A stretch of DNA of 63,964 nt, filler included, from Chiloscyllium plagiosum (taxonomy: Eukaryota): assembly GCF_004010195.1 (NCBI RefSeq). It is 5 parts of one record of this genome, joined end to end, with 100 filler letters (N's around TTAATTAATTAA, not from the genome) between each part and the next. Parts side by side here need not be neighbours in the genome. Positions count along the whole stretch, not along the records: positions 23,295 to 41,919 come from NC_057717.1; positions 42,020 to 52,721 come from NC_057717.1; 3 more parts are not named here. The stretch is one strand, 5' to 3'. Each line of letters opens with the position of its first letter. Within the stretch, counting starts at the first letter, position 1. The position numbers and the translations under genes are program-made. This document shows, one piece after another, positions 38,001-49,819 of this stretch. The notes beneath the pieces were generated by a model that did not search any database, was not told the DNA's origin, and saw nothing but the letters and a program-made list of their open reading frames with translations.

Positions 38001-38269
38001 GGCTAACATCTGGAAGAAATTCTTCCAAACATACCTGAGGAATTTCAGTTTGATGTGTCTTGAACTTTACGGAGACTGAAGGAACGATTGCCTCGACGCT
38101 GTTTAATGTGGAGATGTGTTCCCATGTAAACCGATAGTGGTTGGCCAACCCAGTGCTTCCTGATGCAGGGCAGCCGGACCCTCAGGGAAGTATCTTTAAT
38201 AAACTGCCCTGAGACTTCCAATCGCGACGTCATAGGTCACGAGGCGGAAGTGCAGGAGATAGGTCGGAC

Positions 38270-38390
38270 GGGTGAGAGTCAAGCCACCAAAGGGGTTGAA
38301 TATCTACACTGGGAAAACGAAGCAAAGACTGGGAGACCGCTTCAGAGAACATCCGCGTTCTGTCCACCAAAAAGACGAAATGTTATTCCC
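38270..38390 (+). mobile_element. Penelope GIY-YIG fragment
   Basis: IYTGKTKQRLGDRFREH. Confidence 0.7.
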
Positions 38391-38571
38391 AGTTGGTGAT
38401 AACAAGGAGACAGCAATTCCTTCATGTAACCGTTGCTTTGTGAAATCCTGCTTTGCAATACCATTTTCAGTTTAGCAAGGATCATTCAACTCTGGATCTT
38501 CGAACATTCCTGTTGCAAACATGAAAGAAGCAGCTAAGTTCCAGAGCTGAGAGTCAGTGCTCTTTACAATC

Positions 38572-38850
38572 GTCGGCATGGTGGCACACGGGTCATCACT
38601 GCTATCTTACAGTGCGAGAGACCTGGGTTCAATTCCTGCCTCAGGCGACTGTCTGTGTAGAGTTTGCACCTTCTCCCCATGTCTGTATGGGTTTTCTCCA
38701 GGTTCTTCTTACAGTCTGAAAATGTGCTGGTTGAGTGAATTGGCTGTACTAAATTGCCCGTAGTGTTAGGTGAAGGGAGTAGTGAATTGCGGGTCGGTTT
38801 GGACTTGTTCGGCCAAAGGGTCTATTTCCACACTGTGAGTAATCTAATCA
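38572..38850 (+). mobile_element. tRNA-derived SINE (HE1-like)
   Basis: cggcatggtggcacac...gggttcaattcctgcctcaggcgactgtctgtgtagagtttgcac...taatctaatc tail. Confidence 0.9.
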
Positions 38851-39089
38851 AGACTCCGTTTGACCGATTTTGGTGTCAAGGAATCGTGAACCTTCAGTCA
38901 ATGGATATCAAAAAATAGCATTCTTTCTGCCATTGTGGTACATACAAATATCGTGCCTTCAGACAGTATAATATCATCACAAGGTTACTTTATTGCAGAT
39001 TGGACTGCACACACGTCTATGAGGAAGAGTTCTGTCAATCAGCTGTAAACCACTCTGCCGTTTCCATCTGTCAACCATGTATTTCCACT

Positions 39090-39421
39090 GGATAGAGTCA
39101 ATTGCCAGAGACATTTCTCCAGAGCATAAATGGGGGATACATCGGGCCTTACTTTTAAGATTTTAGGAGAAAGGTACAGAGTAGACATTAAAGAAAAATT
39201 ATTTTCGCAGAGGGTTCAGAATGCATGGAATGATTTGCCAACCTTGGTGGTGGCAACAGAGTCATTGAGGACATTTAAGCGACGGCTGGACATGCACATG
39301 GATAGCAGTGAATTGAGGGGTGCGTTGGTTACGTTATTGTATTGTACATTCGGATTGATTCTCGGTATAAAACACGTTGGCCAAAAGCCCTGCTCTGTGC
39401 TGTACGTTTCTATGTTCTATA
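39090..39421 (+). mobile_element. CR1 3' end
   Basis: FSQRVQNAWNDLP...FKRRLDMHMD and a ttctatgttctat tail. Confidence 0.88.
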
Positions 39422-39539
39422 TGCCAACACATTTTTTCGTAACAATAGCTACGTGCAATATTGATAATAAACAATTTTTGTGAGATAAATGATTGACATA
39501 ACAGGATCTTTTGAGATTTTAGGGAAATCAATGTCGTGA

Positions 39540-40840
39540 TGCAGGAAAACCACAGCAGGTCAGATAGCGTCAGAGGTGCAGGACAGTCGACGTTTCGGAG
39601 ATGGGCCCTTCATCAGTAATCAACAGGATGTTGTCAAATTTCAACGGGAATTGCTCTTGCTTTTAAGGGATGTGTAAAGATTTGTTGCTTGGGTACTCGA
39701 GCTGGAAAGTTGATTTCCAGACGTTTCATCCACGGTCTGTGTGACATCTTCATTGCTTTGACGCCTCCTATGAAGCAATGCTTATGGTGACTTCAGGAAT
39801 TTACTTGGTTCTCCTGCTGCTTCCGGGGGTTAGTTGTAGTGGCCTGTATATTGGGACTAGGTCAATGCGTGTGTTCATGGTGTCTCTGAATGGGTGCCAT
39901 GTTTACAGAAATTCTCTGGCTCTACTGTGTTCAGCTTGTCCTCTGATCGCTGCGTTGCCCCAGTCGAATTTGTAGTCCCTATTATTTGATTGTATGGCTA
40001 CTCAGGATAGCTAGTCGTACAGTTTCATGGCGAGTTTGTGTTGGCAGATGGGGAATGCTAGTTGTCTACCTGTTTGACCTGCAAGTCTTTACATGGAGTC
40101 TTATAAATTACTTTCGTCTTGCACATGATGTGTATAGGGTCTTTTCATCCCGTGATTTGTTGTCTGAGCGTGGTTGCCTGTTTATGGGTTGTCATGAACA
40201 CTAATGATGGGAGAAATCTGGCTGTTAGTTCCGATAAGGTAGCGTGGCAAATGAGTTAGGTCGTTGCATGTCCTAATTGATTGTTTGTCTGCTAGGCATC
40301 TGCGCATGAAGATCTGTGGATGTCCGTTCTTGGTGAATACTCTGCAGAGGTGATCTCCTTCACTTCGCAGGTTGGTATTGCTGCAGTTTCTTGCGAACCT
40401 TTGAACAGGGTCCGAATGCAGTTTCTATTGGGTGTTTTCGGCTGGCTGCTGTTGTAATTCAGGATCTTGTCCGTGTTTGTGGCTTTCTGTACACATTTGT
40501 AAGGCATTCATCGTTCTGTGTTATTTCCACCATAAATCAACAGGTTCCATTTTCCTGTCACATCAACCCATCCCACCGTGTTCCCATGCCACCATTTTAG
40601 TCTGTCGTAAGGCACAGCACAAACTGGAAGAGCAGCACGTCATTTTCTACGTCGAGACCGTGCAGCCTTCAGGAACCAACATCGAGTTCGACCATTTTCC
40701 AACCTGTCTGCCTTCTTCCACATTCTTATCCTACCCACATCAGTGCTGAAGGAGGAATCGGTAGGCACAAAACATTATCTCTCCTTTCTCTACACAGATG
40801 TACTAGACCTGTTGGTTTTGTTCATACATTTCTGTTTTTC
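39540..40840. mobile_element. Cluster of decayed Penelope-like fragments (Poseidon-type on -, Neptune-type tail on +)
   Basis: KATNTDKILNYNSSQPKTPNRNCIRTLFK (-) and KLEEQHVIFYVETVQPSGTNIEF (+). Hammerhead motifs at 39586-39620 and about 39718-39757. Confidence 0.8.
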
Positions 40841-40899
40841 ATTGATGAAATTTATACCGTTCTGATCGCCAGACTGCAGGAAGCGTGTGATTGCACGAG

Positions 40900-41350
40900 A
40901 GGGTGTTCAGAGGAAATTGACCAGGAGGTTTCCTGGGCTGGACCATTTCCACAGTGAAGATAGACGAGCTTGGTTGGGGCTGTTTATTTAAAACCAGAAA
41001 AGGATGGTTGAGGAAGTGACTAAGGTGCACATAGTTATGAATAGGATAGACGTGCGTGACAGGAATAACTTCTTAAGAGAAAAATAAATACCAGGGATAT
41101 TGATTAAATGCAAGAGAGAGAGGATGTTTAGGGATAATTTGGAAAGAATGCATTCACTGAAGGAATGCTGCTTGTTTGGAATGAACTTCCTAAAGGCGTG
41201 TTGAAGCTAAGAGTCATCAGATTATTTCAGCAGGATGTAGCCTAACAAGAGAAATGACAGAGCGTAATTGGAAACATATCAAGTCCTGGAAAGTTAGGCA
41301 AGAATGAATAGATGGTAGGTAGGATACTCAACACAATGGGGCAAGGGCAA
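40900..41350 (+). mobile_element. Decayed CR1 3' end
   Basis: Residual QRKLTRRFPG...WNELP-like text. Confidence 0.6.
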
Positions 41351-41880
41351 CTTGGTGTACGATTAAGGGAGGCTCTGTGGTACAATGGACAGCACATCTT
41401 TGTTTCCGGTGTCATTGGAACTTGCTGTGTTCGCGTTCCAACAGAGTCAAGCTTTAGTTCAGATTTGAATGATTCAATAACGCTCTGATGATCAATAGTC
41501 TTTTCTTGTCATTTGGAGATACAGTCTCTGTTGTTCATCAGAGGGAGATCCTCACCTCGTATCAATTTTTCAGGGAGTTGCATTGTTCAAAACATAATCA
41601 GAGAAGAACTGACTGCTCACTCGCAAACTTTGCCAAGAATTTGCTGAAACTCAACTGGCGTAGAGCACAAAATCTCCATTCTACAGTTACACTGTCACAT
41701 TCGTTTTATTTTGAAGGATAAAATCGATAAATATCTGTTTCATAATATATGACAGTTTTATAGATGGGCTGGGAAAAGACATTGAAGTGTTCAGTCAGCC
41801 ATGAGTATATCGAATACCGGGGCATGGTCAGTGTGTTGAATGATCTCCACCTGTTCCTCTCTGTAAGTATTGTTTCTGGC

Positions 41881-41882
<2 letters not shown>

Positions 41883-41911
<29 letters not shown>

Positions 41912-41919
41912 ATTGTGTG
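41883..41919. repeat. (GT)n microsatellite at a contig end
   Basis: Tandem GT units up to the gap. Confidence 0.95.
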
Positions 41920-42019
41920 NNNNNNNNNNNNNNNNNNNNNNNNNNNNNNNNNNNNNNNNNNNNTTAATTAATTAANNNNNNNNNNNNNNNNNNNNNNNNN
42001 NNNNNNNNNNNNNNNNNNN

Positions 42020-43262
42020 CAGGTGTGTGGAATCTGAGGATATCGGGGAAGTGCTAAATGAAAGTGTTTCGTCAGTATTCACATTGGAAAATGGCAATGT
42101 TCGTGAGAATACCGAGATACAATCTACTAGGTTAGATGGGAATGCGGTTGAGAAAGCGAACCGTTTGAGCAATTTTGGAAGATCTGAAATTGATAAGATT
42201 TCTGGGCCGGATGGGATTTTTCCTCGCATTCTCTGGAATGCCAGGGAGGAGATTGTGGAATCTTTCAGTTTGATCTTGCTCGACAGGAATAGATCCAGAA
42301 GACTGGAAGAATGCAAATGTTGTTCCCTTGTTTATGAAGGGGAGTCGGGACAGTTTTGGTGATTATGGGCCTGTGAGCCTTACTTTTATTGTTGGTAAGG
42401 TGTTGGAAAAGGTCACAAGAGCTAGGATCTATAATCAACTGAAAAGGAATGATTTGATTCTGGATAGGCAACACGGTTTTCTAAAGGGTATTTTGTACCT
42501 CATTAATATTATCGAGTTCTTCGAGAAGGTGACAAAGCACCTGGATGAAATTAAAGCGGTTGATCTGGTGTATATGGACTTCAGTAAGACGTTTGTTGAG
42601 GTTCTATATAGTAGGTCATTGCACAAAATACGGAGTTTCGGGATTGAATGCGAATTAGCGCTTTGGATCAGTAATTGGCTCGCTGAAAGGAAACCAAGGG
42701 TCGTGGCTGCTACGAAATGTTCATCCTGAAGGTCAGTTACGCAGTCGTATTCCGCAAGCATCTGTTTTGGGTCACTGCTGTTTTCCATTACCAAAAATGA
42801 TGTGTATGTGGGTGGAGAAGGATGTGTTAATAAATTGGTAGATGATACTAAGGTAGGCAGAGTTGTGAATAATGCAGCAGGATGTTGTACGTTCCATGGG
42901 GACACAGATAAGATGCAGAGCTGGGTTGAGAATAAGCAAATGGAATTGAATGCTGAAAAGTGTGAGGGAGTTCACTTCGGAAGGAGTAACAGAAATGCAG
43001 AGTACTAGCTTAATGGTAACCATCTTGGCAGTGTAGATGAACAGGGAGATATCGTTGTACAGGTGCATAAATCCACGAAAGTTGCCACCCAGGTTGACAG
43101 GGTCCGAAGAAGACATATGGTTTGTAAGCGTTTATCAACAGGGGCATTAAGTTTTGGAAACTCGAGTTCATGCTTCATATGTAGAAGACACTGGTACGGC
43201 CGCACATGGAGTATTGTACACAATTCTGGTCACCGCATTATCGGAAAGATGTGGGAACTTTG
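42020..43262 (+). mobile_element. CR1 ORF2 RT fragment
   Basis: YGPVSLTFIVGKVLE...QHGF...VYMDFSK and KLVDDTKVGRVV...QMELNAEKCE. Confidence 0.92.
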
Positions 43263-46200
43263 GAACATAGAACATAGAATAATACAGCACAGAACAGGTC
43301 CTTCGGCCCACGATGTTGTGCCGAACATTTGTCCGAGCTTAAGCACCTATCCATGTACCTATCCAATTGCCGCTTAAAGGTCACCAATGATTCTGAATCT
43401 GTCACTCCTACAGGCAGTGCCTTCCATGCCCCCACCACTCTCTGGGTAAAGGACCTCCCCCTAACATCCCGCCTATACCTTCCACACTTCACCTTAATTT
43501 TATGTCCCTTTGTAAAACTCTTTTGTACCCGGGGGAAAAGTCTGACTGTCTACTTTACCTATTCCCCTGATCATCTTATAAACCTCTATCAAGTCACCCT
43601 TCATCCTTCTCCGTTCCAATGAGAAAAGGCCGAGCACTCTCAACCTGTCCTCGTACGACCTGTTCTCCATTCCAGGCAACATCCTCGTAAATCTCCTCTG
43701 CACCCTGTCCAAAGCTTCCATATCTTTCCTAAAATGAGGCGACCAGAACTGCACACAGTACTTCAAATGTGGCCTTACGAAGGTCCTATACAGCTGCAAC
43801 ATCACCTCACGACTCTTGAATTCAATCCCTCTGCTAATGAACGCTCATACACCATAGGCCTTCTTGCAAGCTCTATCTTCCTGAAGGCAACTTTCGAAGA
43901 TCTATGAACATAGACCCCAAGATCCCTCTGCTCCTCTACTAAGAACCCTACCTTTAACCCTTTATTCCGCATTCTTATTTGTCCTTCCAAAATGGACAAC
44001 CTCACACTTGACAGGGTTGAACCCAATCTGCCACTCCTCAGCCCAGCTCTGCATCATATCTAAGTCCCTTTGCAGCCGACAACAGCCGTCCTCACTATCC
44101 ACAACTCCACCAAACTTCGTATTGTCTGCAAATTTGCTGATCCACACTTCGACTCCCTCTTCCAAGTCATTAATAAAAATTACAACCAGCAGAGGACCCA
44201 GAACGGATCCCTGCGGACCTCCACTTGTAACTGGGCTCCAAGCTGAATATTTACCATCTACCACCACTCTGACTTCGACCGGCAAGCCAGTTCTCTATCC
44301 AACTGGCCAAACCTCCCACTATCCCATGCCTCCTGACTTTCCGCGTAAGCCTACCATTGGGAACCTTATCAAATGCCTTACTAAAATTCATGCACACTAC
44401 ATCCACTGCTCTACGCTCATCCACATGCTTGGTCACCTCCTCAAAGAATTCAATAAGACTTGTAAGGCAAGACCTACCTCTCGCAAATCCGTGCTGGCTG
44501 TCCCTAATCAAGCAGTATCTTTCCAGATACTCATAAATCCTATCCCTCAGTACCCTTTCCATTACTTTGCCTACTACCGAAGTAAGACTAACTGGCCTGT
44601 AATTCCCGGGGTTATCCCTATTCGCTTTTTTGAACAGGGGCGCAACATTCGCCACTCTCTAGTCCCCTGGTACCACCCCGTTGACAGTGAAGACGAAAAG
44701 ATCATTGCCAACGGTTCTGCAATTTCCTCTCTTACTCCCCACATAATCCTATGATGTATCCCGTCAGGACGGGGGGACTTGGCTATCCTCAAGTTGTTCA
44801 AAATGCCCAACACATCTTCCTTCCTAACAAGTATCTCCTCTAGCTTACCAGTCCGTTTCACACTCTCCTCTTCAACAATACGGTCGCTCTCGTTTGTAAA
44901 TACTGAAGAAAAGTACTCATTCAAGACCTCTCCTATCTCTTCTGACTCAATACACAGTCTCCCACTACTGTCCTTGATCGGACCTACCCTCGTTCTCGTC
45001 ATTCTCATGTTTCTCACATACGCATAAAATGCCTTTGGGTTATCCTTGATCCTACCCGCCAAAGATTTTTCATGCCCTCTCTTAGCTCTCCTAATCCCTA
45101 TCTTCAGCTCCCTCCTGGCTATCCTGTATCCCTCCAACGCTCGGTCTGAACCTTGTTTGCTCAACCTTATGTAAGCCTCCTTCTTCCTCCTTACAAGACA
45201 TTCAACCTCCCTCGTCAACCAAGGTTCCCTCACACGACCATCTCTTTCCTGCCTGACAGGTGCATACATCTCCACATTTCAACGACATCCTTCCCTGACA
45301 GCCTATGCTCCCAACGTATGCTCCTCAGACCCTGTCTTGCAGCATCATATTTACCCTTCCCCCAATTGTAAAGCCTGCCCTGTTGCACACACCTATCTCT
45401 CTCCATAACCAAGGTGAAAGTCACAGAATTGTGGTCACCATCACCAAAATGCTCACACACTAACAAGCCCATCACTTGTCCCGGTTCGTTACCAATTACC
45501 AAATCCAATATGGCCTCCCCTCTGGTTAAACAATCTACATACTGAGTTAAAAAAGCTTCTTGGACACACTGCACAAACAACGCCCCATCCAATCTACTTG
45601 ATCTAAAGAGCTTCCAATCAATATTTGGGAAGTTGAAATCGCCCATGACTACTACTGTGTGGCTTCTGCACCTTTCCAATATCTGTTTCCCAATCTGTTT
45701 CTCCACATTTCTGCTCCTTTCCTATTTCTGACTTCAGCACAAACCACCTCCAAAGACAGATCCCCCTCGAACTGCCTTTCTGCAGTCGTTATACCATTTC
45801 TAATTAGCAACGCCACCCCCTCCTTTTTTACAACCCCCCTAATCTTACTGAAACATCTGTGACTACGATCCTCCAACAACTATTCCTGTCCCTGTTCTAT
45901 CCACGTTTCCGCTATGGCCACAACATCGTAGTCCCAAGTACCGATCAACGCCTTACGTTCGCCCACCTTATTTCTGATACTCCTTGCGTTGAAGCAAACA
46001 TACTTGAGCCCATCTCTGTGTCGCAAGTATTCCCTGTCAATGCTACCTTCTTCACAGCCTCCCTACATTCTTGGACATCCTGACAAACAGCTAACCGACT
46101 TGCTGGACTACAAGTCCGGATCCCATCCCCCTGCCAAATTAGTTTAATAAATTAGTTTAATCCCCCCCCCCTCCCCACCGAAGTGTGCGAGCAAACCTAC

Positions 46201-47036
46201 CTCCCAGGATTATGGTTCTGGTTCAGGTGCAACCCGTCCTGCTTGTACAGGTTCCACCTTCCCTAGAATGCAGTCCAATTGTCCAAATACCTGAAGCCCT
46301 CCCTCCCATACCAGCCATGCAGCCACGTGTTCAACTGCGCTCTCTCCCTTTTCCTTGCCTCACTGTCATGTGGCACCAGCAACAACCCAGAGATAATGAC
46401 TCTGTCCGTCCTAGCTTTTAGCTTCCAACCTAACTCCCTGAGCTCCTGAATGACATCCCCACCCCTCTTCCTACCTATGTCGTTGGTGTCAATGTGCACC
46501 ACGACTTCTGGCTGCACACCCTCCCCCTCAAGGATTCTGAAGACACGGTCCGAAACGCCTCTGACCCTGGAACCCGGGAGGCAACAAACCATTCGAAAGT
46601 CTCGCCCATGTCCACAGAACCGCTGTCTGTCCCTCTAACTATACAGTGTCCTCTAAATAGCGCTCTCCTCCTCTCCCCCTATTCCTTCTGGGCCTCAGAG
46701 GCGGGCCTCATGCCAGAGACCTGGTCACTGCAGCTTACCCCTGCTAGGCCGTCCCCACAACAGTATACAAAGCGGTATACATATTGTTGAGGGGAACGAC
46801 CACAGGGGATCCTTGCACTGCCTGCTTCCTCCCCTTCCCAACTCTAACTGTTACCCAGCTAACTCTGTTCTCTGGCGTAACTATGTCCCTGTAGCTTCTA
46901 TCTATCACCCTCTCAAATAGTCCTCAGTTCATCCAACTCCAGCTCCAGTTCCCGAACGCGGTCTGTGAGGAGCTGGAGCTGGCTGCACCTCCTGCAGGTG
47001 AAGTCGGCAGGAGCATCGGTGGTCACCCCTCCCTCA
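43263..47036 (-). mobile_element. Near-full-length CR1 LINE (ORF1 + ORF2 + 3' tail), frameshifted
   Basis: ORF1 FTCRRCSQLQLLTDRVRELELEL and [41 protein letters not shown]...SKFADNTK; (CTATGTT)n tail at 43263. Confidence 0.96.
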
Positions 47037-48662
47037 AACCCATTGTCTCAGCATGCACCTGCCGCACTGAACTCATCTCTACCTACCTCGACACTGTCCT
47101 ATCACCTCTAGTCCAGGAACTCCCCGCATACGTTCGAGACAACACCCACGCCCTCCACATCCTCCAAGACTTCAGTTTCCCCGGCCCCTAACGCCTCATC
47201 TTCACCATGGACATCCAATCCCTCTACACCTCCATCCACCATGACTAAGGCCTCCAAGCCCTCCGTTATTTCCTCTCCAGACGTCCCCAACAGTACCTTT
47301 CCACCGACACTCTCATTCGTTTGGCCCAACTGGTCCTCACCCTTAACAATTTCTCCTTTGTATCCTCCCACTTCCTCCAGAACAAAGGGGTAGGCTTGGG
47401 CACACGTATAGGCCCTAGCTAAGCCTGTTTCTTTGTTGGCTACGTAGAGCAGTTGATCTTCCGTAATTACAGCGGCACCACTCCCCAACTCTTCCTCCGC
47501 TACATTGATGACTGCATTGGCGCCACCTCGTGTTCCGGCGAGGAGGTTGAGCAATTCATCAACTTCACCAACACATTCCACCCTGACCTTAAATTTACCT
47601 GGACCATCTCTGACACCACCCTCCCCTTCCTGGAACTCTCCATTTCCATTAATGACGACCGACTTGGCACTGACATTTTTTATAAACCCACCGACTCCCA
47701 CAGCTACCTGGATTACACCTCTTCCCACCCTACCTCTTGCAAAAATGCCATCCTGTATTCCCAATTCATCCGCCTCCGCCGGATCTGCTCCCAGGAGGAC
47801 CAGTTCCANNNNNNNNNNNNNNNNNNNNNNNNNNNNNNNNNNNNNNNNNNNNNNNNNNNNNNNNNNNNNNNNNNNNNNNNNNNNNNNNNNNNNNNNNNNN
47901 NNNNNNNNNNNNNNNNNNNNNNNNNNNNNNNNNNNNNNNNNNNNNNNNNNNNNNNNNNNNNNNNNNNNNNNNNNNTGCATATCCATAAAAATTTTACCTG
48001 CACATCCACTAATATCATTTATTGTATCTGTTGCTCCCGATGCGGTCTCCTCTACATTGGGGAGACTGGGCACCTCCTAGCAGAGCGCGTCAGGGAACAT
48101 CTCCGAGACACCCGCACCAATCAACCAAACCGCCCCGTGGCCCAACATTTCAATTCACCCTCAAACTCTTCCGAGGACATGGAGGTCATGGGCCTCCTTC
48201 ACCGCCGCTCCCTCACCGCCAGACGCCTGGAGGAAGAACGCCTCATCTTCCTCCTCGGAACACTTCAACCCCAGGGCATCAATGTGGACTTCAACAGCTT
48301 CCTCATTTCCCCTTTCCCCACCTCATCAGAGTTTCAAACGTGCAGTCCCCTTGACTTGTCCGGACTTGTCCGCCCTGCCTAGCTCCTTTTCCACCTATCC
48401 ACTCCACCCTCTCCTCCCTGACCTATCACCTTTATTCCCTCCCCCACTCACCCATTGTACTCTATGCTACGCTCTCCCCACCCCCACCCTCCCCTAGCTT
48501 ATCTCTCCACGATTCAGGCTCTCTGCCTTTATTCCTGATGAAGGGCTTTTGCCCGAAACGACGATGTCGAAGCTCCTTGGATGCTGCCTGAACTGCTGTG
48601 CTCTTCCAGCACCACTAATTCAGAATCTGGTTTCCGGCATCTGCAGTCATTGTTTTTACCTC
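47037..48662 (+). mobile_element. Penelope-like element (Neptune-type): RT + GIY-YIG + pseudo-LTR, with internal stops
   Basis: FTMDIQSLYTSI, LFLRYIDDCIG, FYKPTDSHSYLDYTSSHP, CTSTNIIYCICCSRCGLLYIGET...EH and LGTLQPQGIN. Confidence 0.95.
48531..48571 (+). ncRNA. Minimal hammerhead ribozyme motif in the pLTR
   Basis: attc CTGATGA a gggc tttt gccc GAAA cgacgatgtc gaa. Confidence 0.75.
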
Positions 48663-48664
48663 GT

Positions 48665-49350
48665 TAAGGTGAGGGTGACAGGCCGGAATGGGGGTCGGGG
48701 TGGAGATGTCAGGACGAAGATTGCAGGTTAGGAAGGTGGTGCTGAGTTCGAAGGTTGGGACTGAGACACGGTGGGGAGGAGACAAAATGAGGAAACTTGA
48801 GAAATCTGAGTTCATCCCTTGTGGTTGGAGGGTTCCTAGGCCGAAGATGAGGTGTTCTTCCTTCAGCCATCGTGTTGCTATGGTCTGGCGTTGGAGGTGT
48901 CCAAGGACCTGCATGTCCTTGGTGGAGTGGGAGGGGGAGTTGAAGTGTTGAGCTGCGGGGAGGTTGTGTTGTTTGGTCCGGGAGACCCAGAGGTGTTCTC
49001 TGGAACGTTCTGCAAGTAGGCGGCCTGTCTGCCCAATATAGAGGAGGCCACACCGGGTGCAGTGGATGCAGCAAATGATGTGTGTGGATGTGCAGTTGAA
49101 TTTGTGGTGGATATGGAAGGATCTCTTGGGGTCTTGGAGGGAAGTAAGGGGGGGAGGTGTGGGCCCAAATTTTGCATTTTTTGCAGGAGAAGGTGCCAGG
49201 AGTGGAGGTTTGTTTGGTGGGGGGGGGGGGGGGTGTGGACCTGATGAGGGAGTCACCGAGGGAGTGGTCTTTTCGGAATGCTAATAGCGGAGGGGAGGGA
49301 AATATTTCCCTGGTGGTGGGATCCGGATGGATGAGGCGGAAATGACGACG
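48665..49350 (-). mobile_element. Second Neptune-type Penelope 3' fragment, tail-to-tail with the previous one
   Basis: CTSTHIICCIHCTRCGLLYIGQTGRLLAERSREH...LGTLQPQGMN. Confidence 0.92.
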
Positions 49351-49549
49351 GATCCTTCAGAGAATTCTTGTGAGCTTGTGAGAATATTTATAGAGCTTTC
49401 GCACAGACTGCACAGAAACATCGGGAAATGAGTAGGCCATTCGAACTTTTCACATCACTGTTCATGGCCGAACGCATTCTACCCACCCAGCGTACATACC
49501 CCTAACTGTCGAAAGCTGTAGCGTCAGAATCACACAGACAGTTAGGGAA

Positions 49550-49760
49550 TATCAGAAAAGCAGGAGAGTCGACCTTTCTGGCGTAACACCTTCATCAAGA
49601 ATGTTTGTGACGGGTAGGGTCCCCGCATACCGAATGAAGGATTTATACCCAAAACGTCGATTGTATGCTCCTGGGACACTCCCTAACCTGCTGTGCTTTT
49701 CCAACGCCACTCTCTTCAACTCTGATTTCCAGCAAATGCCATACTCACTTTCAGCTGTAC
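49550..49760. mobile_element. Short element of two inverted, decayed pLTR/hammerhead arms
   Basis: gtcgacctttctggcgtaacaccttcatca (- arm) and atgaaggatttatacccaaaacgtcga...ctgctgtgcttttcca (+ arm). Confidence 0.7.
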
Positions 49761-49819
49761 TGTATTACTTAACGTGAATGACCTTAAGATACCATGTAAT
49801 GGGAACTACAGTAGTGCCT

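Noticed and set aside
44008..44754. 248-aa plus-strand ORF
   Set aside because: Antisense shadow of CR1 RT.
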